Source: a virus. From it: a DNA stretch of 64,000 nucleotides. The stretch is taken from IMG/VR virus record IMGVR_UViG_3300031227_000001, positions 3,357-67,356 of that record; one strand, given 5' to 3'. Positions 50,387-60,685 of the stretch are shown one piece after another; position 1 is the stretch's first letter; every line of letters begins with the position of its first letter. The translations under genes and the position numbers were made by a program. The notes under the pieces were generated by a model that was not told the DNA's origin, made no database searches, and saw nothing but the letters and a program-made list of their open reading frames with translations.

Positions 50387-51721
50387 ATGGAACTGGCGCA
50401 GATGGTCAAGGTAAAGATTGACGGCAAGCAAGTGCCGCTTACGGATTTGGTCGAGGCATGGGAACTGGGGCAAGACGTCGAGGAAGAGGCTACGGAAGAG
50501 GCGGTCGAGGAAGCCAAGACAAAAACGATTGACGGCAAGGCCCGACCAATGGCCGACTTTTTGGTAGTCGAGAGCGCAGATAGTGTTAGCACTTGGCATT
50601 TGCCAGTCAAGGTAAATGGCAAGATAGATCATAGATTGATGGGCGCAGCATGGGCGGCGTTACATGAGGGCTACAGGGGCGAAAAGTACGAGGGGCCTGA
50701 AAAGGAAAAAGCTCTTGAGAAGCTCACAAAGTTATACGCTGCCGAAAAGCTCCCCACGCCAGGCACAAAGGAAGTCGAGGTGACCATGGACGGGAACATT
50801 GCAGAGAAGATCAAGTATCTTGGAGACGCCGCAATTGCAGAGCTGGGCGAGGCAGAAATAGGCCACGCCGTGCAGTTGTCAGAAGAGCAAGCGGGCACAT
50901 GGGATGGGATAGGGCCGCTCAAGCTGGACGTGGTGATGATCGAGCCAGGGCCAGGAAACAAAAAGGACGGGCACTGGTATCCGCGTGAAGTGCTAGAGAG
51001 AGATGCACACGTATTCGAGGGCGGCAAGATGTTTGCAACCGACCATCGGCCTGGGGAACGCAACGCCAGAACAGAGGTTGCCGACATTCTCAAATGCCCC
51101 ATCGGATTCACCGAGACGGGTGCGCCCGTAGCGCGGATTGGCATATTCGATCCGGACATGGCGCGCAAGGCGTATAACCGCTTCCAACTTGGCACGCTCG
51201 CCAACCTACACACCTCCATTGTAGGCGAAGGCACGAGCAAAGAAGCCAAGATTGACGGCGAGAAATACAAGGTTATTCAAGAAATCACAAAGGGAACAGC
51301 AGATTTTGTAAGCTACGCGGGGGCTGGCGGACACGCCGCAGCCATCGCAGAACAGGAGCAAGAACCGATGACAGAACCGAAAGTGGAGCCGGTCGTGGAG
51401 CCGGTTGTGGAACCAGTCGTGGAAGAGCAGGAACAAGCGCCGGAGGTCACGTTCCTGGAAAAAGAAGCCGTAAAGACGTTTTTGAGCGAACTAGAAGGCA
51501 TACCGGAGCCAGTCAAGACGCGGCTTGCCAAGGACGAATACGAGACCGAGGACGCGATCCGTGAGGCGGCCCAAGACCTGGTGGAATTGATCAAAGAGAC
51601 TACGGGGTCGGGTAACGTCATGGGGAACGACGAGCAACCAGAGCCAGCCGAGAAGCGCACTCTTGAGGAGCACGATTCAGCGCTGGACGAGATCGATAAG
51701 CGATACGGGCTAAGGGGGTAA
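50387..51721 (+). CDS. Capsid maturation protease/scaffold
   Basis: YP.EVL, DH, S, DFV..AGAGG protease-like core plus acidic C-terminal scaffold. Confidence 0.7.
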   Translation: MELAQMVKVKIDGKQVPLTDLVEAWELGQDVEEEATEEAVEEAKTKTIDGKARPMADFLVVESADSVSTWHLPVKVNGKIDHRLMGAAWAALHEGYRGEKYEGPEKEKALEKLTKLYAAEKLPTPGTKEVEVTMDGNIAEKIKYLGDAAIAELGEAEIGHAVQLSEEQAGTWDGIGPLKLDVVMIEPGPGNKKDGHWYPREVLERDAHVFEGGKMFATDHRPGERNARTEVADILKCPIGFTETGAPVARIGIFDPDMARKAYNRFQLGTLANLHTSIVGEGTSKEAKIDGEKYKVIQEITKGTADFVSYAGAGGHAAAIAEQEQEPMTEPKVEPVVEPVVEPVVEEQEQAPEVTFLEKEAVKTFLSELEGIPEPVKTRLAKDEYETEDAIREAAQDLVELIKETTGSGNVMGNDEQPEPAEKRTLEEHDSALDEIDKRYGLRG

Positions 51722-51722
51722 C

Positions 51723-52298
51723 ATGCCAGCAACATTTCTGACTGGAACAGATTGGCAATGCAGTTCGGGGCCAATAATCACTCGGCAAGTAACGACTGAC
51801 TACCTCTGGCCCGAAGGCGGCGGATCGGACTCGGTAGCAAACGGGGATCATCCCATTTTGGCTATCGGTGCTGTAGCGAGCAGACCGTTCAACATGGTAG
51901 GGTTCGTGGTGACGTATGAGAGCAACACCGACCTTTGCGAGATGAACGTTGCGCCAGGGTTTGTAGCCAAGGCTTACGTTTACAACATCACCGGCTACTC
52001 AGGGGCGGGGACGGCGAATGCCTGGTCTGCAACTTTGGCATTTGGCACGCCAGTATACATCGACGACGACGCGTCGCTGCTTGCCGGAGGGACTTTGAGC
52101 CTATCGCCGGTGAACGGTGCTGGTGCAGAGAATCCGCTTGCGGGCTATGTATTCTCAGACCAAGTTCAGGTAGATCAGAGCGGAATCGGCGGGCGGACGC
52201 CAACGACTGCAAACACATTCCCATTGCCGTTTGAAGACGGCGCGTCAGATCACTATCTGACCGTATGTGTTATGCTCTGGCCGTCGGCCCAGGACTAG
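51723..52298 (+). CDS. Head decoration-like protein, copy 1
   Basis: Between scaffold and capsid; tandem paralogue. Confidence 0.6.
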   Translation: MPATFLTGTDWQCSSGPIITRQVTTDYLWPEGGGSDSVANGDHPILAIGAVASRPFNMVGFVVTYESNTDLCEMNVAPGFVAKAYVYNITGYSGAGTANAWSATLAFGTPVYIDDDASLLAGGTLSLSPVNGAGAENPLAGYVFSDQVQVDQSGIGGRTPTTANTFPLPFEDGASDHYLTVCVMLWPSAQD

Positions 52299-52306
52299 GA
52301 GGCAAT

Positions 52307-52882
52307 ATGCCAGATACTTTTTTGACCGGAACGGATTGGCAGTGTTCAAGCGGGCCGATAATTACTCGTCAGGTGATAACTGATTATCTATGGCCTGAAG
52401 GCGCACCAAAGGACACGGTAACGAACGGCGAGCATCCCATCTTGGCGATTGGCTCCACGGCGAGCAGGCCATTGAATGCGGTGGGCTTTGTCGTGAGCTA
52501 CGAGAGCAATACTGACCTTTGCGAGATGAACGTTGCGCCAGGGTTTGTAGCCAAGGCTTACGTTTACAACATCACGGGCTACCAAGAGGCGGGGGTAGCG
52601 AATGCTTGGGTAGCGACCCTAGCATTTGGCACGCCAGTCTATATCGATGACGACACGGCACTGACCGCCGGGGCGACCTTGAGTCTGTCGCCAGTGAACG
52701 GCGCTGGGTTGGAGAATCCGCTCGCGGGTTACGTTTACTCGGATCAGGTACAGGTAGATCAGAGCGGAATCGGTGGCCGGACGCCAACGACCGCTAATAC
52801 ATTTCCGCTGCCGTTCGAGGATGGCGAGTCAGATCATCATCTGACCGTTTGCGTCATGCTCTGGCCGTCGGCACAGGATTAA
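52307..52882 (+). CDS. Head decoration-like protein, copy 2
   Basis: Same length (191 aa) and highly similar to copy 1. Confidence 0.6.
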   Translation: MPDTFLTGTDWQCSSGPIITRQVITDYLWPEGAPKDTVTNGEHPILAIGSTASRPLNAVGFVVSYESNTDLCEMNVAPGFVAKAYVYNITGYQEAGVANAWVATLAFGTPVYIDDDTALTAGATLSLSPVNGAGLENPLAGYVYSDQVQVDQSGIGGRTPTTANTFPLPFEDGESDHHLTVCVMLWPSAQD

Positions 52883-52890
52883 GGAGTAAT

Positions 52891-54033
52891 ATGAGGAAAA
52901 TCATCAGTTTGTTGACAGAGTATCGTTGTGAGCAGCTAAAATCAAGTGGACGAGAAGACAGAATCGCCGAAGTGCGCGACATGTTCAACTTCCTTGATTC
53001 CACGCTGGGCGGCGTCGTACAAAACGGTAGAGGCTGGGACGGCCCCGAGACGAAGCTGGGCGAGGTAATGACCACGGGCGACTTTTCTTACGCGCTGGAA
53101 GAGTTTGTACAGCGGCGCATGGTTCCCGGTTATAGCCGCAAGCGATTCGAGTTTGAGCCGCTTGTCAAGATGGACACATCGCCGAACTATCTCCCCGTAA
53201 CCCGTTATCAGAATCGATGCGGCAGTGACGATCTGGAGTACGTAGGCGAAAAGGGCGAGGCGAGAGCCGGTAGTGTTGACGATAGCGTGAAGCGGCAATA
53301 TCGTCCTTACAAGTGGCAAAAGCAATACGACTTCTCTAGCGAGGCGCTCATAAATGACGACCTGGGGCGCTTCAATGACAGGGCGGCAGAGATGGGCAAG
53401 GATGCGAGGCGCACACTTGAGAAATTTGTTTCTCGAATGTACACCAACGCCGTGACCATTACGGCTTTGCAGACGGCTGGCGCGCTCTATGCTGGCACCG
53501 GGCGATTGAATAGCAACCGCGTATCTATTGCGCGCATGGCTTTCAATCAGAGAACAGACGCTTGCAGCGAGCCAATTCTGGCGACGCTCAAGTACATCGT
53601 GCACCATCCCGGGCTGGTCGATGTTGTGCGGACGATCCGCGCAAGCGAGTTAGTCCCTGAGTTGGCGACGAACGCGGCTAACGTGGTAGCGGGCGACTTT
53701 ATTCCTATCGAAGACCCCTACATCACGGGCACTGCGCCCAACCTTCCCTGGTATGCTTTCACCGACTATCAAGCGGACAATGTTATACCGCTTGTGATCG
53801 TAAGACGCGCGGGGATGCCAGCGCCAATGCTAGTCAGGAAATCGAGCGATATGCAGTCCTTCGCTAACTTCAGCGCGGGTGGCGCTTCCGTCAGCCCGAT
53901 CATGGGCGACTTTGCCACGGGCAACGTTGTGGTAAAAGTAATGGACGAGTGGGGCACATATCTGGGCGACGAAACCGACGGAAACCTGTTTGACATCCGT
54001 GGCGCGTACTATAGCGCCGGCACGGCTGCATAG
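52891..54033 (+). CDS. Major capsid protein
   Basis: 380 aa, SD AAGGAG; TTGDF, EALINDDLG motifs like Mu gpT-type HK97-fold capsids. Confidence 0.8.
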   Translation: MRKIISLLTEYRCEQLKSSGREDRIAEVRDMFNFLDSTLGGVVQNGRGWDGPETKLGEVMTTGDFSYALEEFVQRRMVPGYSRKRFEFEPLVKMDTSPNYLPVTRYQNRCGSDDLEYVGEKGEARAGSVDDSVKRQYRPYKWQKQYDFSSEALINDDLGRFNDRAAEMGKDARRTLEKFVSRMYTNAVTITALQTAGALYAGTGRLNSNRVSIARMAFNQRTDACSEPILATLKYIVHHPGLVDVVRTIRASELVPELATNAANVVAGDFIPIEDPYITGTAPNLPWYAFTDYQADNVIPLVIVRRAGMPAPMLVRKSSDMQSFANFSAGGASVSPIMGDFATGNVVVKVMDEWGTYLGDETDGNLFDIRGAYYSAGTAA

Positions 54034-54375
54034 TAATAGAAAAGGGAGATCAGGAAATGAAACGTAAAGAAGGATTTGCTGGACAGACGGATTACGTCGT
54101 TCCAGGTAGTGACGAACACGCCGCGATACTGGGCTTGGTAAAAGCACAAGAAGGTGAGACCCTGGTGGTTGATGGGTGGACGCTTAGTGATCCGATGGGC
54201 TTTGGCGCAGTTGCTACTGAAAAGTATCTACTGCGCAAGCTACGATCATGCGTCAATGAATTGCACGGCGAACAGCCGGAAATGCAAAGCACAGACCCTC
54301 GCAAGCCAGGGTACGCGCCTAAGATGTGGCTGCCAAGTGAAGGGCCAGTACGCGGGCAAGTATAGGAGGTAACAT

Positions 54376-55281
54376 ATGTTAATGCCACTCGACCGGCTAT
54401 CACCGTTTTATCCGGGTCTGATGGGGGTAGATGGTAGCGACGTGCCACGGGGCATCCGTTCTGCGGCACAAGGGGTGGTCTACTTTGTAGACGCCAGCCA
54501 TCCAGACGCCAGCGACGCGCACGATGGCACCGATCCCGAACACCCCCTGGCGACCATCCAGGAGGGGATTGACAAAAACAACGCAACGATTGACTGGGCG
54601 GTAGTGCCGCCATACAAGGGGCAAAACTGGATCGTAATCGCGCCTGGGGTGTACGACGAGAATCTAACGCCAGCCTACTACTGCAAGATGATTGGCCGGG
54701 GCGTTGCACGTGGCGACGACTGCGCCGCGCATGTGTCGCCTACGGCGGGATCGGCCATGGCTGGTACGGGCATCGCGTTACATCTGATCAATATGCGGTT
54801 CAGCGCGAACACGGCTGTACCCGTCCTGGACTTTGAGACGTTCAATAGTTGTGTTGTCGAGGACTGCATGATCACCGATCACAATGCGGGGCTGGCAACG
54901 ATTGGGCTTGATATGACCAGCGCGGGTGGTAGCGCGATTCTGCGCTCTCGTTTCAACTACAACACGAATCCGCTAACCATCGGCATCCGCTCGACCGGCG
55001 CGTTCTATGATTGCAAGGTCATCGGCTGCGAGATTCACGCGGTCACGACGGGCATCGACCTGTCTGCTGCGGGCCTGTGCGCCAATGCGCTGATCGCGCA
55101 CAACTATATCGCCAGACCGGTAACGGGCATCAATGACGGTGTAGGTGATACGCTAGTCGTGGACAACTGGATCACGGCAAGCACGGCGGCCATCACTCAT
55201 GCGGCGGCGGGCACAATGTGTATCGCCAACCACGTGATCAATAACGTTGCTGGCGCAGTTGAACTAGCGGCCACAGACTAG
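54376..55281 (+). CDS. Beta-helix virion protein (paralogue of 55293)
   Basis: RLSPFYPG..YFVD..DGT.P..PL.T; parallel beta-helix composition. Confidence 0.6.
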   Translation: MLMPLDRLSPFYPGLMGVDGSDVPRGIRSAAQGVVYFVDASHPDASDAHDGTDPEHPLATIQEGIDKNNATIDWAVVPPYKGQNWIVIAPGVYDENLTPAYYCKMIGRGVARGDDCAAHVSPTAGSAMAGTGIALHLINMRFSANTAVPVLDFETFNSCVVEDCMITDHNAGLATIGLDMTSAGGSAILRSRFNYNTNPLTIGIRSTGAFYDCKVIGCEIHAVTTGIDLSAAGLCANALIAHNYIARPVTGINDGVGDTLVVDNWITASTAAITHAAAGTMCIANHVINNVAGAVELAATD

Positions 55282-55292
55282 GGGGTAAAACT

Positions 55293-56279
55293 ATGCCTGG
55301 TGCAAACGTTTCACAACCCTGGCCCTTACAACGACTAAACCCCTTCTACCCTGGGCAACCAGGGGTAGAAGGGACTGACAACCGGACGGGCCTGCGGCAG
55401 AGTGTCGAGGGCACGATCTTTTACGTCGATCCGAACTATGCTGGGGCGACGACCACGGCAGACGGCACAAACCCGACCAACCCACTGAGTACAGTGGCGG
55501 CGGCGCTTACGAAGTGTGCTGATCATCGCGGCGACATGATCGTCGTTATGGCGAACGGGGCCTGGACGCATGGCGAGGGCACGACGCGCGCTTTGCCCGT
55601 GCAGGAATCTGTAACCGTAACGGTACATGGCGTCAAAATCGTGGGGATGGCCCCATCAAGCTCTGTAGGAGTAGTCTGGGAGCCGTCAGTAAGTGGCGCA
55701 ACGGCGATAACCGTTCATGCGCTGGATGTTCTGATTGAGGGCTTTGCTTTTCAAGGCGACTTCGATCCGGCCATATCAGCCGAATGGAATGGCACAGCGC
55801 TATATGGCGATAATCTGACGGTTAGGAACTGCCTCTTTGATGAAGACGTGGATATTGCTATCCAACTGGAATTCTCTTGGTTCTTTGACATACATCATAA
55901 CGGGTTTTTCTCATGTGACGAATATGGCATTTACGCGGATGCGGGCGGATCAGGGGCCGACGATGGCTATATCCACCACAACAACTTCTGGAACATCGGC
56001 ACAAGTGCTGTGGCGTTGCTAGGCGGAAGCGCAGACAACAAGGTCTGGGAGAACCAATTCTGGAATACCCATGCGGCCATAGGTCCCGCCGGTGGTGCTA
56101 CGACTGGCGAGATGATTGACATGACGGGTGGCGCGAGAGAGTTTGTACACGATAACATAATGAGCTGCCTCGACACCGTACCCCAGAACGGCGACTATGC
56201 TGATTGCAACGTCTCGACCGCTTCAGGGGCTTGGTGTCGCAACCGATTGATGGACGCATTTTCTAGCACAAATCCGTAG
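55293..56279 (+). CDS. Beta-helix virion protein (paralogue of 54376)
   Basis: RLNPFYPG..FYVD..DGT.P..PL.T; IHHN repeats. Confidence 0.6.
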   Translation: MPGANVSQPWPLQRLNPFYPGQPGVEGTDNRTGLRQSVEGTIFYVDPNYAGATTTADGTNPTNPLSTVAAALTKCADHRGDMIVVMANGAWTHGEGTTRALPVQESVTVTVHGVKIVGMAPSSSVGVVWEPSVSGATAITVHALDVLIEGFAFQGDFDPAISAEWNGTALYGDNLTVRNCLFDEDVDIAIQLEFSWFFDIHHNGFFSCDEYGIYADAGGSGADDGYIHHNNFWNIGTSAVALLGGSADNKVWENQFWNTHAAIGPAGGATTGEMIDMTGGAREFVHDNIMSCLDTVPQNGDYADCNVSTASGAWCRNRLMDAFSSTNP

Positions 56280-56287
56280 GAGTGACA

Positions 56288-56461
56288 ATGACCAAACTAG
56301 GCAAGAAGATCGGAAAGGCAGATGCGTTGTTGCTCATAGCTGCCGGATACAATACACCCAAAAAGGTCAAAGACGCAAAAGATAGCGACCTGCGCAAGAT
56401 CGAGGGGCTTGGAACGGTGGCGGTAAGTCGAATCAGGAAAAAGCTGCCGAGGAATAAATAA
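56288..56461 (+). CDS. Small helix-hairpin-helix protein
   Basis: AGY.T..V..A.D.DL.KIEGLG. Confidence 0.55.
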   Translation: MTKLGKKIGKADALLLIAAGYNTPKKVKDAKDSDLRKIEGLGTVAVSRIRKKLPRNK

Positions 56462-57123
56462 TGGCTTGCACGGGGAGATACGCTGAAGCGTTCGACTATG
56501 GAATCGCGCTTTGCGTCGGAGACAATAACCATCTCGTGATGGGCATTGACGATGGCGGCGGCGCGGCTGTAGCGTTTCTAACTGATACGGCGGCGTTCTT
56601 TACTAGAGACGCCGTGTATGTAGGTTCGCCGTTGATAAACGTGACAACTAGCAATACATACGGCCTTGTAACAGCGGTTACATCCGACACTGTACTGCAA
56701 ACAACACAAACATGGAGCAACGGCGATACCTACAAAATATCCACACTGACATATGCGCAGGTGGGCACAATCGAGACCTATCTGGACATAGCATCCGGGG
56801 GAATACACGCGGCGCTTGCGGCCAGCGGAGCTTGCGATTGCGCGTTCGCTAGTTGGGCAAACGGCTATCTGCGACAACTCAACGTTATGTGCGCGGCGGT
56901 GATGCACGAATGCCCGTGCGGACGAAGCAACCTCTCGGACGCCGAAAAGCAAATGTGGCTAACGTGGTGCTCGGAACAGCTTACCAGCATCCGCAACGGC
57001 GAGCTTGAACTTTGCGCGGGCGAGACGGGATCGGAATTCCCATCGATAGGCGCGGCCCCGATGGGCTGGGATCCGTGGAGCCAGGCGCAGATTATCAATA
57101 ACAGCATCAAGAGCAACAGCTAA
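56461..57123 (+). CDS. Head-tail adaptor-like protein
   Basis: Position after head genes; L..IRNGELEL motif. Confidence 0.45.
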   Translation: MACTGRYAEAFDYGIALCVGDNNHLVMGIDDGGGAAVAFLTDTAAFFTRDAVYVGSPLINVTTSNTYGLVTAVTSDTVLQTTQTWSNGDTYKISTLTYAQVGTIETYLDIASGGIHAALAASGACDCAFASWANGYLRQLNVMCAAVMHECPCGRSNLSDAEKQMWLTWCSEQLTSIRNGELELCAGETGSEFPSIGAAPMGWDPWSQAQIINNSIKSNS

Positions 57124-57370
57124 TGGGTTGAGGATGTAAAAGCCGCACAGTGGGCGGCATCAAGATGCCAGTAGCGCAGAAGATCATCTTTGGGCAAATG
57201 GGCCTAAAGAAACTTACGAGCATCGTGGGCATGACAATGAAATGGAAGGGCGCGGTCACGTGTCGGGAATACGAATTCCGCAAAGAGCAGCCGACGCTGT
57301 GGGTAGATAGACGCGATGCTAAAGATATGTTAGCACGCAAAGCGCCGACAGGAGAGGGGCTATTTGAATA

Positions 57371-57907
57371 ATGGTAGTCCTAATGAAAGCCATCAAGCCA
57401 GCGAGACTCAAAGACAAGGCGATGCGGCTTGAGCTGCTAAACGCGATGCGCAAGGCGGCAAAAGTAGTCGAGAAGGACTTTGAAGAGACTGTCAAAACGT
57501 GGACGACAAAGCCAACATTCAAGACGATAATCAGTCTAAAGGGTGGCCCGACAATCCTAACGGACACGGCAACGGATAGCGAGCGATATGGATGGATCAA
57601 TAACGGAACAGGCTCGCGTGGAGGCCACAGCGATTATCGCATCTATGCGGGAATCTATACCGGCAAGAGCAAAAAGAAGGCGCTGGCTTTCCCATCGGCT
57701 TTTGGCCCAAAAACGAAGCCTGGACGACTGAAGGCTGGGCCTGGGCATAGTGGCGGCAATACAATTATGAGGCCATATGTGACTCACAAGGGAATTAAGC
57801 CGCGCAAGTTTGACGAAATGATACAGAAACGGAGGAAGCCGTGGTACAAAAAGCAGATGCAAAGAGCGATGCGAAAAGTGTCGAGGGTGAGCGGCCACAA
57901 GCTGTAA
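57371..57907 (+). CDS. Neck/tail completion protein (HK97 gp10-like)
   Basis: Basic protein with Y..I..GT and V.H.G.KP motifs. Confidence 0.5.
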   Translation: MVVLMKAIKPARLKDKAMRLELLNAMRKAAKVVEKDFEETVKTWTTKPTFKTIISLKGGPTILTDTATDSERYGWINNGTGSRGGHSDYRIYAGIYTGKSKKKALAFPSAFGPKTKPGRLKAGPGHSGGNTIMRPYVTHKGIKPRKFDEMIQKRRKPWYKKQMQRAMRKVSRVSGHKL

Positions 57908-58240
57908 GGCCGCGCAAGGTCACGGTCTGCGGGAGAATTGGCCCAAACGTGATTGTAAAAGATGGTGGCCGTTATGCGCTGCTACCCAAAAACGTAGTGG
58001 TAGACGGCAAGGCGCTCGCGGACGATCTGGCCGCTGCGCCCGACTACGGTGTAGCCTGGGAGAAGCTCTTGCCAAGCAAGGGCGGCGCGGAACTAGCTGC
58101 GGTATTGAGAGCAAGAGGTATTTGGACGATTGATGACCTAAACGCAAACTGGCCCCTCGCCAAACGTTTGCGGGTTGGAGTATGTGACGTAGATATGGCC
58201 GATGTGCTGAAGCAGGCCGAAGAGAAAAAGGAGTAACAAT

Positions 58241-59785
58241 ATGGCAACTTATCTTTCGAGTGCTCACGGAGCAGTGTTTATCCAGATCGACGGCCCGAAC
58301 ACGGCAACGGCCTATCTGGGCTGTCACGACATGGGTGATATTGCGGAGCCGATGGGCGACATAGCGCGGACGTTCTGTCCGGATCCCGGACAGCCGGGCA
58401 AGTACAACGTGGCGCTCAGGACGCAGGGCGCGCCGGGCGAGGTAACGTTTGATATTTCCTTCCCGCTGGGGTCGGTGGTTGACTATCTGGAAGAGGCGCG
58501 GCGAACGGGCTGCTCGTTCCCGGTGTATGTGAACTATAGCACGTGCGACAGGCCCGATAACTTTTTGCGCTACGCTGCAAAGGATCGCGGCGAGGTTTTG
58601 CAGGATTGCAGCATAACCAACATCGTCCGTACCACACCGGCAACGAGAAACGTTGATGGCGGCGCGCCGGGCGAGGCGGGCAAGACGGTCTCGTTTTCTA
58701 GCAAGGCAATCGAGGAGTACTTCATGCTGGTGGATACGCGGCGAGCCACGATAGAAGACCAGATTTTGCGCGATATTGCGTTCTGCAACAAAGCGCAGTG
58801 CCAAGGCCCGTGTGGGGCGGCGCAGCACGTTTGTGACGAGGGCGTGATTGTCTGCGACTTTGATGGTGGTGTGGCTATAGCCGATGTTCTGTTTACCACG
58901 GATGCTGGTGTAACCTGGGCAGGCATAGTATGTCCGTATCTGATTACGGAAAACGTCTCTAGTGTGGTCTGCTTCCCGATGGATATGACCACCACGCGCG
59001 TGATCATAGCGCGAGGCACGCCGGATGCTGGCGCGGCTGATGTAGCGTGGACAGATGATAGCGGCGCTAACTGGAACATCGTGGACGTTGGCGCGACGAA
59101 TACGGAGTTTATTCCCTCGGCGGGCGGCGGCGGCTTGTTCTCGCTAGGCCAGAATCACATCTGGGCCTGCACGGACACGGGCGCTGGCGCGGCAGGGGCG
59201 ATTTACTTCTCTGGCGATGCTGGACTTACCTGGACGCTACAGACTGCGGCGGCCACTGATGCGCTCAACTATATCCGCTTTTTGGATAAAGACATTGGCC
59301 TTTGCGTCGGTGATACGAACGAAATCCAGTATAGCGACGATGGCGGTACTCACTGGACGGCTCTTGTCGGCCCAGTGGCGCAGAACGCGGTGAACTGTAC
59401 CTGTTGCGAAATCCTGGACGAGAACCGCTACTTCATTGGGTACTTGGACGGCACGCTCTGGTACACGCAAGACGGTGGCACGAACTGGGCACAGAGAGTA
59501 ATTCCTGCGGCCTTCGCGGGCGGCGGGACGACGACTATCTATGACATCATGGCAGTGGACGACTACTGCCTCTGGATGGCGACGCACTCCACGACCGCCG
59601 CGGGGGCGGCGGAGATGGGCGCGATTTACCGCTCTATCAACGGCGGCGAGGCCTGGGAGAGCTGGGGCAGCGATGCGGCCCTTCCTACCGGCTATCGGGC
59701 GCTCTGGGCTTGCAGCTATAACAAAGCCTTTGCGGTCGGCGACGTAGCGACCACCAGCTATATCGCAGAAGTCGGCGAGAGCTAA
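58241..59785 (+). CDS. Major tail (tube) protein with C-terminal BNR/Asp-box propeller
   Basis: Position before chaperone and tape measure; repeated S/TxDxGxxW boxes. Confidence 0.6.
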   Translation: MATYLSSAHGAVFIQIDGPNTATAYLGCHDMGDIAEPMGDIARTFCPDPGQPGKYNVALRTQGAPGEVTFDISFPLGSVVDYLEEARRTGCSFPVYVNYSTCDRPDNFLRYAAKDRGEVLQDCSITNIVRTTPATRNVDGGAPGEAGKTVSFSSKAIEEYFMLVDTRRATIEDQILRDIAFCNKAQCQGPCGAAQHVCDEGVIVCDFDGGVAIADVLFTTDAGVTWAGIVCPYLITENVSSVVCFPMDMTTTRVIIARGTPDAGAADVAWTDDSGANWNIVDVGATNTEFIPSAGGGGLFSLGQNHIWACTDTGAGAAGAIYFSGDAGLTWTLQTAAATDALNYIRFLDKDIGLCVGDTNEIQYSDDGGTHWTALVGPVAQNAVNCTCCEILDENRYFIGYLDGTLWYTQDGGTNWAQRVIPAAFAGGGTTTIYDIMAVDDYCLWMATHSTTAAGAAEMGAIYRSINGGEAWESWGSDAALPTGYRALWACSYNKAFAVGDVATTSYIAEVGES

Positions 59786-59913
59786 ACAACATAACGTAAC
59801 GCGGGGGGAATGGGAGCGCGTTACGCAAAAGAAACACTAACTAGCAGCGCTCTACCGCGTGTCATCCCGATCTCCCTGGCACGCGGAGGGCGCATTGTTA
59901 AAAAGGGGAGATC

Positions 59914-60585
59914 ATGGCAACTGAAAAACTGGACGTATACATAACGCAAGGGGGGCTTGAACTCAAACTCAAGCCAGTGCAAAACGTGACGCTGTTATTT
60001 GCGGCGGCGCAAGTGGAAGAGCAATACCGCGCAGACGGCGAACCCGTCGATCCGCCAGAGTATGAGTCGATAACGGCTGGCGGCGATGTAGAGCTAAACC
60101 CGATGACAGAGGAGACGCTTGAAGATCCGCAAGACCCAGCAAAAACGCGGCGCAACAAGGCGGCCTGGGCCAAGCATCAAGCTGCTGTCAAGCGGATGGA
60201 AGCCGACAAGGTCGAGGCACAGGCGCAGGCTATGCTCGTGTTGGGCATCGAGTACGAAGTCGAGGACGACGCCGAATTTGAAGCGAAAATCAAGTGGCTT
60301 GGACAGACCATCCCCACAGACGAATTTGACAAAAAGGCGTTTTATCTAGCGCACAAGGTTCTGACCAACTGGGATTTGACGATGATCATGCCCCAGATAC
60401 AGATGCTATCTGCTGGTAAAGGAGTCAAGCCAGAAATGGTAGCAACGTTTCGAGCGCGTTCTGAACGTGCGATGGGACACCAGTTCGCGACCATTAATAA
60501 GCGGCTTGGAGTCCTCGCAGGGGTGGTGGACGAGCCAGGAGTTTCTGGGGATGAGGACAGCGAAGGCGTGGAACCGGACGCCTGA
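59914..60585 (+). CDS. Tail assembly chaperone (G-like)
   Basis: Between tail tube and tape measure; overlapping +1 ORF to 60685. Confidence 0.65.
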   Translation: MATEKLDVYITQGGLELKLKPVQNVTLLFAAAQVEEQYRADGEPVDPPEYESITAGGDVELNPMTEETLEDPQDPAKTRRNKAAWAKHQAAVKRMEADKVEAQAQAMLVLGIEYEVEDDAEFEAKIKWLGQTIPTDEFDKKAFYLAHKVLTNWDLTMIMPQIQMLSAGKGVKPEMVATFRARSERAMGHQFATINKRLGVLAGVVDEPGVSGDEDSEGVEPDA

Positions 60586-60685
60586 GGAATGGGACGAACT
60601 ATCTGATAAAGACAAGGCTCGCATGATAGCCTTTGACAACATTGAAATGTTGATGCGCAACAGGGAGATCGAGGAGCCAAGCTAG
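60449..60685 (+). CDS. Frameshifted extension of tail assembly chaperone (T-like)
   Basis: +1 frame open 60443-60685; AKAWNRTPEEWDELS..KARMIAF. Confidence 0.5.
   Translation, partial: FERVLNVRWDTSSRPLISGLESSQGWWTSQEFLGMRTAKAWNRTPEEWDELSDKDKARMIAFDNIEMLMRNREIEEPS

Noticed and set aside
51723-52882. Diversity-generating retroelement TR/VR pair
   Set aside because: Differences are not adenine-specific, both copies are full ORFs, and no reverse transcriptase is seen
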